Of a DNA stretch of 64,000 nt, positions 10,796-21,837 are shown piece by piece. Origin of the DNA: Wickerhamiella versatilis (Eukaryota); contig JAQOWU010000008.1 of the NCBI GenBank assembly GCA_030867685.1, positions 4,030,001 to 4,094,000 on the forward strand, read 5' to 3'. The translations under genes were made by a program, and so were the position numbers. How positions within the stretch are numbered: the stretch's first letter is position 1; every line of letters starts with the position of its first letter. A model generated the notes under the pieces. It was not told the DNA's origin and did no database searches. It worked only from the letters and a program-made list of their open reading frames with translations.

Positions 10796-11572
10796 ATGAT
10801 GGGCATACATTTTTTTGGCCAGTGGTGGGAAAATAGTGCAGAAGTATCGCGGCTTGCTGCTGAGATAGCTCAAATGCGCCGCAACTACTGCTATTACGAG
10901 GGACTAATCTCAGAAAAAGCTAAGTTACTGGAAAAGAAAAAGGCGCTCCAAGTGAAGTGGACGTTAGATTATGTTCCTGCCTTACGTTTGAAAGAAGAGT
11001 TCGAGGATGAACTTGACTTTTCTCTCACACGGCCTCAGGAATACCTGCATTGTATGATGGAGCAACTGAATGTCGTTGAATTAAGTGTTCTCAAGAAACT
11101 AGCCAACGTCACCACACCTCCCTTTTTACCAAATCTGAATGTGAGTCCTTATATGGCTAATGATCTTGCTACACCTGAAATCTTATCCCCTGATATACAG
11201 TTTCCAAAATTTCCGGTATCCGCGTCTCTTTTAAGTCCTTCAATTACCGCAAGCCGGCTTCAAGAGCTTAGGGTCCTTGTAAAACAACTTTTGAAGGAAA
11301 AACAAGCCATATCATCCAACACATGTGTATTGGTACATGAATGTAATCGACTGCATAAAGAGATCGGGGTTCTGCGTGCGAACATGGCCTACCCACCAAT
11401 ATCACTTTATGAGCCTGCAAAGAGAGCCATGGAAGCCCGTCGCAAGGCAATAATTAGACATATTTTTGCTATTAGGGCTCAATCATATTTATCTGAAGCT
11501 TCCACCTCCAATATGTCACTTGGCTGCAGTACCGCTCGATCATCTGTGGAAAGTGGTATGGCTCTCAAATAA
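10796..11572 (+). CDS. Hypothetical protein, probably coiled-coil
   Basis: 258-codon ATG ORF filling an intergenic gap. No family recognised. Confidence 0.5.
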   Translation: MMGIHFFGQWWENSAEVSRLAAEIAQMRRNYCYYEGLISEKAKLLEKKKALQVKWTLDYVPALRLKEEFEDELDFSLTRPQEYLHCMMEQLNVVELSVLKKLANVTTPPFLPNLNVSPYMANDLATPEILSPDIQFPKFPVSASLLSPSITASRLQELRVLVKQLLKEKQAISSNTCVLVHECNRLHKEIGVLRANMAYPPISLYEPAKRAMEARRKAIIRHIFAIRAQSYLSEASTSNMSLGCSTARSSVESGMALK

Positions 11573-11989
11573 CGAAGTCTCTCTAGGGCGCAACATATAC
11601 ATATAGTTTCTATTAATGTTTAATTTTGTGTTGAATGCTTGCTATGCTTCTGGCCACGGATTTGTATTTCTGGCGGGCTACTGTCTCTTTTGCGCGGTGA
11701 GCTATCCAGGACATTCGCGCGATATCGATATAACGGACGAGATTTTATTGAGAGAAGTTTTTTACTGCATGGTGACAACATTGAGTCTGTTGGGGAACTG
11801 GGTACCAGCTTGTGTTGAGAATTATCCATATGAACCTAGTTCCGATAAGGATATATTATTATTAATAATAATAATACTGCGATTACCAGACACGCAGCGT
11901 AGCGGATGATACGTAGCTATTACCAACATTTGTATCGTTTAAAAAGCCACTTAAATAGCTATCGTCAACAGGTAGAAAACCTAATCTAT

Positions 11990-12568
11990 CTATTTGGTAG
12001 AGAAATATTTTGAGGCTTGATTCGTGTCAATAGTCTCATCACCTGGATGCCAGCCAGCTGGGCACACCTCACCATTAGCACGAGTGAACTGGAAGGCCTC
12101 AAGGAGACGCTTGGTCTCATCAGGGTTACGGCCAACAGATGCATTATTGATGGTGGCCTGCTGGATAACTCCATCAGGGTCGATGATGAAGATACCACGC
12201 AACGCAATTCCCTCATCCTCAATGAGGACACCGTAGTCACGGCTGAGAGAGTGGTTACGGTCAGAAACAAGAGGAAGCTTGACTCCACCGAGACCGCCCT
12301 CACTGGACTTAAGCTGGTTCCACGCAAGGAGCGAGAACTCAGAGTCGGTGGAAGCATAGAGCACATCAGCGCCAAGCTTGCGGAACTGATCAAGCTGCTT
12401 GTCGTAGGCGATGATCTCAGTTGGGCAGACGAAGGTGAATGCCATAGGGACGAAAGCCAAGATCAACCACTTACCCTTGTACTGCTCAAGCGAGACATCT
12501 TCAAAAATGCCGTCAACAATAGCGGTCTTCTTAAATGCCGGTGCGGGCTGTCCAACCTTTGCAACCAT
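11990..12568 (-). CDS. TSA1: Typical 2-Cys peroxiredoxin
   Basis: [22 protein letters not shown] and C-terminal YF. The true start is the ATG at 12568 ([10 protein letters not shown]). Confidence 0.95.
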   Translation of the reverse strand: MVAKVGQPAPAFKKTAIVDGIFEDVSLEQYKGKWLILAFVPMAFTFVCPTEIIAYDKQLDQFRKLGADVLYASTDSEFSLLAWNQLKSSEGGLGGVKLPLVSDRNHSLSRDYGVLIEDEGIALRGIFIIDPDGVIQQATINNASVGRNPDETKRLLEAFQFTRANGEVCPAGWHPGDETIDTNQASKYFSTK

Positions 12569-13311
12569 TTTTAATTTTCTGTAGACACATACAGTGCAGG
12601 AGGACCCCAATTTATATGCTTCACTTTGGGCTAGGGTATGCTGATTGCTGCGTGGTCTAGACTTGACCGGTTCGAGATCATCTAACAACTGGACTATCAA
12701 TGCCAAGTATTTTAGACGGTGAATAGGTCAGAACAATTGATTTTCGGTCTGAGATTGTGTCTATAATACCTTACTAGCTGGCTGGCATAACTTGGGCTGA
12801 TCCCGTCCTCCTTATCCCACCCGGGGGATATCACGTGCCACCGAAGGCTGGACGTCATAGAAGATTCCGAGAGAAGCTTTGACTGACCCCGTGTCTCGAG
12901 AACGTAGCGAGACCAGTAGCCTACTAAGAACATCCATTTGCAGGAAGATATCTGTATTCGTCTATTGAGTCTTCTCTTAATGACGACAAGTCTTGTTGGG
13001 TTCCACGTTGGGTCGAACTAATTCAATTAGTGAACTTAAACCGATGATGATATGGTATTCTGGTGTATGCAGTCTTTAGAGAACTAGGTATACGAAATTA
13101 ATGTAAATGGTCACTAAGTATCAGCCAGCGGCCAGCACAAACAGAATTTGTTGAACGGGACAAATTTGAACTGGTAATGGTTATGATCACTATTGATAGT
13201 TACGAAAATAAAAGCCTAAATGAATGCTATAATGCTGCATCAATGTTTCTTGTTTTCCTTTCATTCTGTGACATACACTTCTCAGAGTGTGGGCTGAGTT
13301 AATCAGATGAC

Positions 13312-15108
13312 ATGAGCGAGCCCTTGGCTGGTGGATGGGAATCTAGCCACTTTTGGCAACAGCAGGCGCGGCTAGCGCAAGTATCGAGAGATTCCGTAGT
13401 CCCACATGCGTACGCGCGAGCTGCGGCAGTTGCGTCCAAGTCGCCCCAGACGCCTAGGGCACAACCCGGCCCCGGGTTGACACTTGTTGATGCAGCTGCG
13501 CAGCTGCTCCAGCAAGACAAGCTCAGTGTGCAGCAGCAGCAGCTTGCTCTTCATTCGCATACCCCACTATATACGGCGCGTTGGTATGCCCAGGAGAAGC
13601 GTGAGCGTGCTGAAGAGGAGCGCGTACGACATATCAACGAGGATATTAACCATCAGTTTTGGACGGCTATTGACCTGAGTGGCCAAGGTTTAACTCATTT
13701 AAGTCCAAAACTCTGTGGATACACGTTTTTGCAGCGGTTATACCTCAGCCATAACAACCTGACGACTCTTCCCAGTGCGTTAACCAAAATGACGCAGTTG
13801 AAAGTGCTCGACTTAAGCCATAATCTACTCACTGAACTGCCGGCGGAAATCGGATTCGTCACAAGTCTAAAACAGCTTTTTCTTTTCGACAATCAAATTA
13901 AAGTGCTGCCATATGAAATGGGGTACCTTTTTCAATTGGAATTGATTGGCCTTGAGGGAAACCCAGTGCTAGATCTCGAGCTTCGTGAACTCCTTGCCCG
14001 CTCTGGTACAAGAGGACTCGTGACAGACTTGCGAGACCGTGCACCACCAGGTGATCCTCCCAAGCCACGAGAGTGGATGCAGTTGACGGAGGTGCCCAGT
14101 AACTCATTTGAGTTCTCAGTTTTGACATATAATACTCTTTGTGACCGCATGGCAACGCCCCAGGCCTACCCTTATACGCCATCATGGGCACTTGCTTGGG
14201 ACTACCGGAGCCAATTGCTGAAGGAGGTTCAATTAGCATGTTTAACTGACATCGTTTGCTTGCAGGAGGTAAATACAGATGCCCTGGAGGAACATTGGAT
14301 ACCACTTTTGGGGTCTAGGGGCTACAAGCACATCTTTTATCCCAAAACCCGAGCTCGAACTATGTCCAGCCCCAAGGAGGCACGTATGGTTGATGGCTGT
14401 GTACTCTTTTACAACGCCTCACGGTTTAGACTCATTGAGAAGCATTCAATAGAATACAACTCACGCGCCCTCGCTAAAGATGACCTTAAGAAGTCCGAGG
14501 ATATCTTCAATCGTATAATGGTTCGGGATAATGTTGGAATGGTGGGGGCATTTGAACTCGTTGAGGCTCCAGGCCAGGTTTTGCTAGTGGCCACTACTCA
14601 TTTACACTGGGACCCTGCGTGCCGGGATGTGAAGTTGGTGCAAACTGCCCTTTTGCTTGAAGAAACAGAGAAGTTCGCCCAGAAATTCGTGCATAACCCA
14701 CACTTCTCGCGGGCTCGTGACATGAAGTCGGTTCCTATTCTTGTGTGTGGAGATTTTAATTCAACTGCAGACTCTGGTGTTTTTCAACTATGTAACTATG
14801 GTAGTGTGGCACCGCAGCATGACGATTTAGACGGATTTTCTTACGGAACGTTCACGAAAGATGGTATTTTGCATAGGTTACCACTCAAGACCGCGTACCC
14901 AGAAGGCGCAGAACTACCTTTTACGAACTATACGCCAGATTTCAAAGAAGCGATTGACTATATTTTCTACAGTACCCCAACACTTCAAGTCACCTCTGTA
15001 CTGGGGCCTGTAGATGAGGGGTATGCAGAGCGATACGTAGGATTTCCGAATGCGCATAATCCTAGTGATCATATCCCTATTGCTGCCTCTCTGGCCTATT
15101 CGATTTAG
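13312..15108 (+). CDS. CCR4: CCR4-NOT deadenylase Ccr4 (LRR + EEP nuclease)
   Basis: LRRs followed by YNTLCD, CLQEV, THLHWDP, CGDFNS, IDYIFYS and PSDH. Confidence 0.95.
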   Translation: MSEPLAGGWESSHFWQQQARLAQVSRDSVVPHAYARAAAVASKSPQTPRAQPGPGLTLVDAAAQLLQQDKLSVQQQQLALHSHTPLYTARWYAQEKRERAEEERVRHINEDINHQFWTAIDLSGQGLTHLSPKLCGYTFLQRLYLSHNNLTTLPSALTKMTQLKVLDLSHNLLTELPAEIGFVTSLKQLFLFDNQIKVLPYEMGYLFQLELIGLEGNPVLDLELRELLARSGTRGLVTDLRDRAPPGDPPKPREWMQLTEVPSNSFEFSVLTYNTLCDRMATPQAYPYTPSWALAWDYRSQLLKEVQLACLTDIVCLQEVNTDALEEHWIPLLGSRGYKHIFYPKTRARTMSSPKEARMVDGCVLFYNASRFRLIEKHSIEYNSRALAKDDLKKSEDIFNRIMVRDNVGMVGAFELVEAPGQVLLVATTHLHWDPACRDVKLVQTALLLEETEKFAQKFVHNPHFSRARDMKSVPILVCGDFNSTADSGVFQLCNYGSVAPQHDDLDGFSYGTFTKDGILHRLPLKTAYPEGAELPFTNYTPDFKEAIDYIFYSTPTLQVTSVLGPVDEGYAERYVGFPNAHNPSDHIPIAASLAYSI

Positions 15109-15462
15109 TCGTGTGATTAGCATGAGCAAGGAAAAGATGCTCATACATACTTCTTGCTTGCTGGGATATAAAAACATCATCTGGTATGGTAAGAGGGTAA
15201 ACAATGCCTGTAGTCGTAACAATGCAGCAGCCACGTGATTATGGAGTAGATGGTTTTAATTACCGTCAAACGTTTTTTTCGAATTTGACCTGTTAAATAA
15301 AATAATTGTTGTTCAGAGAGACTAGTTATCTTGTAGTATCGTACGAAATGCAGCATTTTTAGCTTCTGTAGAGGTCATAGGAATCTTAAAAAAACACAAC
15401 GTGATTGTGATCTTGAACGCGATCGTGACATTAGTTATTAATCATGGACATTATAATCTGAA

Positions 15463-17055
15463 ATGTGTAGGACCAGACCAAAAGAAGTCATACCCGATTC
15501 TGCTGCTGAAATAATAACGGAAGATGATAGCAATAGTCCTGAATCAGTGTATGATGAAGAGCAAATGGATGCAGAGGATCTAAAGCTCAAGAAAATTGCG
15601 AGTGGTGTGGAGTATCCAGATTCCATCTACACTGGTTCTTGGGAGCGAGTTTTATTCGCTGCAATCGTCGCCTTTGCGTCAAATACATCAACTATGTCCA
15701 TACCAATATATTTTCCAGCACTTAATGTACTCGCTTCTGCTTTTCATACAAGTGTCGAGCGCATAAATGTTACAGCTACCGTGTATTCCATCTTTCAAGG
15801 TATTTCTCCAGTATTCTGGGCTACAATAAGCGATTCTATGGGTCGGCGGCCTGTGTACTTTGGGTGCTGTATCATTGCTATATGTGCCAACGTTGGTCTT
15901 GCTTTGTCGCCAAATTACGCCGCACTCTTTTGTCTTAGATGCTTACAAGCATTTGGAGCCGCATCTACAGTTTCCTTGTATGGTGGGGTGATTGGAGATT
16001 TCACTACAAGAAGGGATAGAGGTGGCTTAATGGGAATATGCACCGGTCTAAGCCAGGTCGGGAACTGCATTGGGCCCTTAATCGGAGGTGTTCTAATTTA
16101 TAGGTGGGATTGGCCCTCAATCTTTTGGTTTCTCGCATCACTCTCGGGGCTGGTATTAGCTCTGATATTCTTATTCCTTCCCGAGACTAATCGACGCGTT
16201 TGTGGCACAGGCTCTCGAGTCCCTGAGTCTTATATTCATCGATCTCCTTATACTTATTTTCGACATAAATTGACGGGAGTTCCCTACTACCCAAGCCAGG
16301 CAGAATACGAAAAGCAGTGGAAACTGGCACCAGCTCGAATAGATTGGCTTCGGTTCTGGTATATTATAAAACAGCCAGACACCATTTTAGTCTTGTTACC
16401 AGCAGCAATGCACTATACAACATGGTACATGGTACTTACAGCACAGTCTACTCAATTAATGCGCTATTACGACGGATTTAATGCCCAAAAAGTCGGCTTT
16501 ACTTATCTTGGTAGTGGTGTAGGTACCATCTCTGCAAGCTTTGGAACAGGCAGATTCATGCAATGGAATTACAAGCGGAGTTTTGCAAAATTCAGTAAAC
16601 AGTGTGAAATGCAGGGTGTTGAATGTCATGCATCTAATTTCAATATTTATCGAGCTCGTTTGAGCATCTCTTTTTATGCATCACTCCTTTTGGTGGCGGC
16701 GACAATTGTATTTGGCTGGACTTTGGAATACCACATCTCGTTTTATGTGCCTATTGTCATGACATTCTTTATTGCCTTCTCTGCAACAGTTTTCCTTAAC
16801 GTTACATCTACGCTCCTCGTAGACCTTTTCCCCGGAGATGGTGCCGCTTCTCAGTCCTGTAATAATCTTGCAAGATGTTTATTGTGTGCTGCTGGATTAG
16901 CTGCGGTCGACAGAATGATGAATAAAATGGGTACAGGTGGCTGCTTCACTCTCATGGCTGGCTTTTGTGGACTTACTCTTTTTTGCGTCTATTTCGAAAT
17001 GGAGCATGGTTCACGTCTTGCAGCTCGTCGCAAGCATCCAACAGCCGAAATGTAA
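15463..17055 (+). CDS. MFS DHA1 drug:H+ antiporter (Qdr-like)
   Basis: IYFPAL, YSIFQGISP, SDSMGRRPVY (motif A), FLPET, LLVDLFP; about 12 hydrophobic segments. Confidence 0.88.
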   Translation: MCRTRPKEVIPDSAAEIITEDDSNSPESVYDEEQMDAEDLKLKKIASGVEYPDSIYTGSWERVLFAAIVAFASNTSTMSIPIYFPALNVLASAFHTSVERINVTATVYSIFQGISPVFWATISDSMGRRPVYFGCCIIAICANVGLALSPNYAALFCLRCLQAFGAASTVSLYGGVIGDFTTRRDRGGLMGICTGLSQVGNCIGPLIGGVLIYRWDWPSIFWFLASLSGLVLALIFLFLPETNRRVCGTGSRVPESYIHRSPYTYFRHKLTGVPYYPSQAEYEKQWKLAPARIDWLRFWYIIKQPDTILVLLPAAMHYTTWYMVLTAQSTQLMRYYDGFNAQKVGFTYLGSGVGTISASFGTGRFMQWNYKRSFAKFSKQCEMQGVECHASNFNIYRARLSISFYASLLLVAATIVFGWTLEYHISFYVPIVMTFFIAFSATVFLNVTSTLLVDLFPGDGAASQSCNNLARCLLCAAGLAAVDRMMNKMGTGGCFTLMAGFCGLTLFCVYFEMEHGSRLAARRKHPTAEM

Positions 17056-17141
17056 AGTTTTCACAAAGTAATAACTTATAGTACATAATAATAATTAGCT
17101 GTTTCAGACTTCAAGTACGGAGGTAACTGCTGAGAAAAAAA

Positions 17142-17888
17142 TTATATCTGTGCAGCTGGGCAGAACTCTGTTAAAGTACATAACTTACACTTTTTCCCCC
17201 TCGACGGGCATATTGTTTGCCCGAAGCCAACCAACAAAGGATTTATTCCCTTCCAATACTCTCGCGGCAGCCAACGTTGTAATGCTTCTCTTGTTTCTTC
17301 TGGAGTTTTTGTATGAACCCAACCCCACATATTGGTGAGACGATGAACATGCACATCGACACCAATTCCATCATTTTTCCCCCAAGCAGCAGATTGCAGA
17401 AGATATGCCATCTTCGGCCCCACTCCTGGCAATTCCAGCATCTCATCAATCGCTTTTGGTATGTCACCATCAAAATCAGTGGCTAGGCGTTCACAAGTGT
17501 TCTTGATATAAACAGCTTTACGGCTATGAAAACCAACTGGATAAATCAATTCATCTAACTTATCAACAGTTATTTCACGTAACGACTGGAGGCAGCACCC
17601 TCCAGGAAGATCATTTCTAAGTCGCGACATCACTAAAGCATTAGTAGTATCTTTTGTTTGCGATGAGAGCATCAATGAGATAAGGGCCTGGAAGCGTCGT
17701 ATCTTAGGATCAAGATTTTTTGGGACCTTTTCGCAACCGACGGTGTCCACAGGCGCGGGGTATTTTTTGCGCATTTCCTCGATCCGATTATACATTTCCA
17801 ACCAGTGAGGAGGAGTTTCAATATCCGCATCCGTCGATTTCGGGATTGAATCTGTCTCTACTTTTATACGCTTGCGTGGTGTCGGCAT
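17142..17888 (-). CDS. Endonuclease III-family DNA glycosylase/AP lyase (Ntg/Nth1) with 4Fe-4S motif
   Basis: LMLSSQTKD, HhH motif LPGVGPKMA, IGVDVHVHR, C-x6-C-x2-C-x5-C. Confidence 0.93.
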   Translation of the reverse strand: MPTPRKRIKVETDSIPKSTDADIETPPHWLEMYNRIEEMRKKYPAPVDTVGCEKVPKNLDPKIRRFQALISLMLSSQTKDTTNALVMSRLRNDLPGGCCLQSLREITVDKLDELIYPVGFHSRKAVYIKNTCERLATDFDGDIPKAIDEMLELPGVGPKMAYLLQSAAWGKNDGIGVDVHVHRLTNMWGWVHTKTPEETREALQRWLPREYWKGINPLLVGFGQTICPSRGKKCKLCTLTEFCPAAQI

Positions 17889-18327
17889 ATGTGTTTTCTA
17901 AAGTTAACGTAACGTACGTAATAAATCACTCGTAAGGGTTCAGAAAATACTTCACGGTTTTTAGTCCAGTCATATGCTGCCATTATAAAATTCTATTGGT
18001 GAATTGAGGAGAAAAACAGAGCCCCTTGAAATATTTGTTGGCTTATGGGATATTAAACTCGAACACTACTGGTTTCAATCAAGACTTATTCGTTGATATA
18101 GTATCCGCGTAAAACCTGATCAGTTTGCCGTTCACTCATAGGACAGTTAGGTTCCACCTTACTGCTAACAGGTAAAACGTGCACAAAAAGTATTAATTAA
18201 TCCTCTAATAACATAATGACTGATATGAGACTATGGCTATGTCGCTATGGATTGGTAGACTTCTGCTTGACTTAGATATTTATGTTATTATTGGGTTTAT
18301 CATGGAGAATAAATCCATGGTTCCCGT

Positions 18328-18810
18328 ATGAAACCCTGCGGGATTGATATTGATGGTAATCATGACGATGCCCTGGCTTTACTTTATGCCGACGGCTCTA
18401 CCTTGGTTTAATGTTATTAGGGTTTCAACAGTTTTTGGCCCAGTATAGCTTGATATTGCTACAAAAAATACGATAAGCTTGCTAACAGTTTATAAAGGAT
18501 AAAGGATCCTGTTTATCCAGGCGCTGAAAGACCGTTGTCAGGATCCATAGTATGCCCTCGCGTTCTGGTTTAGATAGCTCCAGCTTGCTCCCAGTACCAG
18601 TTATGATCCAGAATAATTATCATAGTGCAGTTGATGCCCTGTCAAAGGTAATATTAATATACCCTGATGGACTACGCCTAGTGACCACAGCCCCTTTACC
18701 AACATTGCATTGATTGCTATTAAATTCTCGCACTTAATTCAGGATATATCTGTAATAAGTATCTCTAATTGGCTTGTGCTGCCAAATGGCCGCGAATTCG
18801 ACACCCTTGA
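18328..18810 (+). pseudogene. Degraded inosine/uridine-preferring nucleoside hydrolase (URH1-like) pseudogene
   Basis: Manual translation gives collinear motifs in different frames: DIDGNHDDA (DxDxxxDD, 18346-18372), VSTVFG (18422), PVYPGAERPL (18508), SGLDSSSLLP (18564) and TNIA (18698). Several stops and at least 4 frameshifts. The 3' end is approximate. Confidence 0.8.
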
Positions 18811-19033
18811 TTTTTGAGTCGATTGAAGCATTAGAAAAGCAATAAAGAACTTACAGTCCTCCTCAAGTTTGACTTTTAATTGGAGAGCTATAAGAAAATT
18901 CAATAAGAATAAAACAGTAAAGGAAAAGATTGTCAAACAAATTATTTACTGGCTGTATAAATTATTATAGTTCACGCCAAAGCACATTGATATATAGGCT
19001 AATTCGTCGTTGTCGGAAGGACTTTTTTTGATA

Positions 19034-21430
19034 TTAGCTGTCAACGACTAAAGCATCAAAATCCCAGCCTTCTGCAGTGAGACTTGGCTCTGGATCTTCA
19101 GGCGGTGTGATTAATTCTGGTATTCGAGCCTGTTTTGCAATATCGACACCAGAAAACACAGCCTTAAGGTCAGCAATAGGAATAAGTCCTTTCCAACCAT
19201 CGGAGCCAGCTTGAGGGGTATCCAAGTTACTTGTTGCATTCTCTCTAATAGCCTTGCAGACTCTTTGTGCTTCATCTATGGGCACTTTGAAAATAGTGCT
19301 TAAAGCATATAAGAAATACTGTAATGAATCGCCTTTAGCTAATTGATGTAGCTTGGCAGAGTTATCAATCAACGGTTTTTCAAACAAAACATCAGGTGTC
19401 GGCAGCGATACAGAACTATGACTTGGTGATGGTCTCTTCGAGGGTCCAGCTTCACCAGGCTCATGTTCATTTCCACGTTCACGCTTCCGTTGGACCTGTC
19501 CTACTGAACCAGTCAGTGTAGAGTCCGTAGCTGCATTTAAAGGCTTATTATCATCGAGTAGATAGTTGTCAAAGCCCTGAGAACTTGCCGGGCGTGAGAC
19601 CCAGTTCATTCGCTGATTTTGTCCATCACCTTCACCCTGGCTTTGAGGTAGTGGCCTCTGCTGTGTTTGCAAGGAAATACCATGCAAAGGCGCACCTTGT
19701 GCAAAAAGGTCAGTATTTCCCTGATTTTGGGCCTGTGCTCTCAAACGAGCTTGCATCTGTGCCTGTGCTTGAACCTGTGCTTGGATTTGTGATTGAGTCT
19801 GTGAGTCCACAGGTTTGGCCGGTGTGGGATTAATAGATAATGGATTTACCGACATTTGCTGCTGTAGTGGCGTTGGTTGCCGAAATGCTTGTCCAGGTGC
19901 AGGGGTTGCATTGGGCATCATTCCTTGTGCTGGCTGTGGGGTTGCTACTCCACCGGTAGCAGCTTTAGCAATGGCCTTCACCTTTTCTTGAACATACTGC
20001 ATAAACCATCGCGATTCATTTCTCCACGTAGCTATCCTTTCTGGAGTGGCCAGGAACCTGCCTGACTGAGCACCACGAGCCAGCTCATTCCAGAACAGCT
20101 TTAGACGCATCAATTGGAGAGCCGCAGCTTGATTCTTGTTAGAGTAGATATAAAATACTGGAAGTACACTATCGAGCCTTGATATGAGCCTCTGTAGGTT
20201 TTCCTGTGTCAACAGCTGGCGAAGAGTGAATTTTTGTTGATCACTTAATTGCGAACTAACATCCTCTAACTGAGGGGGGTTCGTTTTCAGTTTCTCTCCT
20301 AACAAGAAAAGATCTCGTCTCTCATTGGGTAGCTTTCCCGTATTAAAAGCTTCAAGAATCTGCTGGGGCATGAGCATTGCAAGTTTACCTTGGTAGGCTT
20401 TTGCTTGCGACGCTTGAATTGCCTGGGCTCGTACTCGGGCCTGAGCCTGAGCCTGAGCCTGGACTTGGGCTTGAGCTTGAGCCTGAGCCTGCTTCTTCTG
20501 TTCTTGCTGATGCATGAGAATCTGAGCACGGTAACGTACCTGCGCCTGTGCTTGAGCCTGTGCTTGAGCCTGAGCCTGTGCTTGAGCCTGAGCCTGTGCT
20601 TGAGCCTGAGCCTGAGCTTGTGCTTGTGCTTGGGCCTGAGCTTGTGCTTGAGCCTGGGCCTGAGCTTGCGCTTGAGCCTGACCTTGAACCTGTGCTTGCG
20701 CTTGGACCTGGCTCTGTGCTTGAGCTCGTCTGTCCTGCCCAGCAAGGGTGTACAGATACTCAGTATATCTCTCTTTGAACTGTTTCCATATAGCAGGAGA
20801 GATTACTCCTCGCCGCACCAGATCCGTTATACCTTGCCAATTATTTACGTTTGGAGGGAGCCCAGGAATCGATGCTAAAATTTGAGGGGGAATTGGTGTT
20901 GACGGACCTTGTGGAAGCACTTGTTCCATGATTTTGCTATTTAGTTTGGGTTGAGGGCGTGCGCCTTGCTGCACTTGGGCAGACGAATACATGTTTGGTA
21001 CTTGTTGATTTTGCGGCGCTCTCCAGTTCGCTTGATACGCACCATCCCAAGCAGAAGACGAGTCCTGTGTAGACGAAACAGATTGAGGGCGTGTTGGCGG
21101 TTGCTGTGGTTGCTGTTGTTGTTGTTGTTGTTGCTGCTGCTGCTGCGTGAGTACCGTCTGAGGCAGGGTCTGATCCTGCTGCTGTGCTCTGAGCAAAACC
21201 TGCTGCCGCAAACTATTAACACGCATCTTTATTTCGTTGAAATATTCTTCACGAGAACGTGCTTTAAGAAATACCATTTTTTCATACTGGTGTGCAAGCC
21301 CCACCATTTGTTCATTGGGCGGAATTCCCTTACTTTGCGCGAGGTGACGGACAATTGCCTGAATGACCTTCCGCCGCTCGTCTACCACTACATTAATACG
21401 AGGTGTTCCCGCCTGTGCATTGTACTCCAT
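19034..21430 (-). CDS. GAL11: Mediator subunit Med15/Gal11-like
   Basis: N-terminal KIX-like domain ([22 protein letters not shown]), polyQ and a long (QA)n tract. Confidence 0.75.
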   Translation of the reverse strand: MEYNAQAGTPRINVVVDERRKVIQAIVRHLAQSKGIPPNEQMVGLAHQYEKMVFLKARSREEYFNEIKMRVNSLRQQVLLRAQQQDQTLPQTVLTQQQQQQQQQQQQPQQPPTRPQSVSSTQDSSSAWDGAYQANWRAPQNQQVPNMYSSAQVQQGARPQPKLNSKIMEQVLPQGPSTPIPPQILASIPGLPPNVNNWQGITDLVRRGVISPAIWKQFKERYTEYLYTLAGQDRRAQAQSQVQAQAQVQGQAQAQAQAQAQAQAQAQAQAQAQAQAQAQAQAQAQAQAQAQAQAQAQVRYRAQILMHQQEQKKQAQAQAQAQVQAQAQAQARVRAQAIQASQAKAYQGKLAMLMPQQILEAFNTGKLPNERRDLFLLGEKLKTNPPQLEDVSSQLSDQQKFTLRQLLTQENLQRLISRLDSVLPVFYIYSNKNQAAALQLMRLKLFWNELARGAQSGRFLATPERIATWRNESRWFMQYVQEKVKAIAKAATGGVATPQPAQGMMPNATPAPGQAFRQPTPLQQQMSVNPLSINPTPAKPVDSQTQSQIQAQVQAQAQMQARLRAQAQNQGNTDLFAQGAPLHGISLQTQQRPLPQSQGEGDGQNQRMNWVSRPASSQGFDNYLLDDNKPLNAATDSTLTGSVGQVQRKRERGNEHEPGEAGPSKRPSPSHSSVSLPTPDVLFEKPLIDNSAKLHQLAKGDSLQYFLYALSTIFKVPIDEAQRVCKAIRENATSNLDTPQAGSDGWKGLIPIADLKAVFSGVDIAKQARIPELITPPEDPEPSLTAEGWDFDALVVDS
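20438..20724 (-). repeat. Coding hexanucleotide repeats encoding (QA)n in Med15
   Basis: Visible tandem (TGAGCC/TGTGCT/TGAGCT)n on the + strand, in two blocks. Confidence 0.9.
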
Positions 21431-21837
21431 TATGCTGGTATAGCGGAGGGTGTGTTAGTGAGGTTAGTTGATTGATTATATTTATTACATCGAACAACGG
21501 AGACCCTAACCCCAAAACCTACGCGCAGGTGAACTTTGGAAACCTAACTAAGTGCTCTACTTTCATCGGTGCGAGCTGTTCTAAGAGAGGCTTAAGCCCA
21601 TTCATAGCTGTGCAAAATCTTATATACAAATAGAACTATATTGTCGATCTATTATAAGCCATTAACCCACCAGGCCCAACTTCAAAAAGCATGAGATTTT
21701 CGATTGCACCATCATATACCAGCTGAGGTACTCAAAAACGGTTTTTTTTTGAAAACGTAAATCAGACTAAGTTGAGCACTCACATTGTGTGCGGTCTATA
21801 TGTCGCTCAGGAAAATCAACAAATGCAAACAAACAAA

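Noticed and set aside
11616-11909. 97-aa hydrophobic ORF
   Set aside because: It is short, has low-information composition, and shows no motif support.
11986-12574. Overlapping 135-aa and 185-aa ORFs at TSA1
   Set aside because: These are shadow ORFs, expected from the strong codon bias of a highly expressed gene.
15109-15240. Hairpin-containing stretch after CCR4 as a possible snoRNA
   Set aside because: Only a short stem (ATGAGCA/TGCTCAT) is present, and no convincing C/D or H/ACA architecture could be established by eye.
18480-18488. Second TGCTAACAG branch/acceptor signal
   Set aside because: It falls inside the pseudogene's collinear coding relic (SLLTV), so it is likely coincidental.
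20299-21475. Several RL/LS/EP-repeat ORFs
   Set aside because: They are alternative-frame readings of the Med15 QA/Q repeats.
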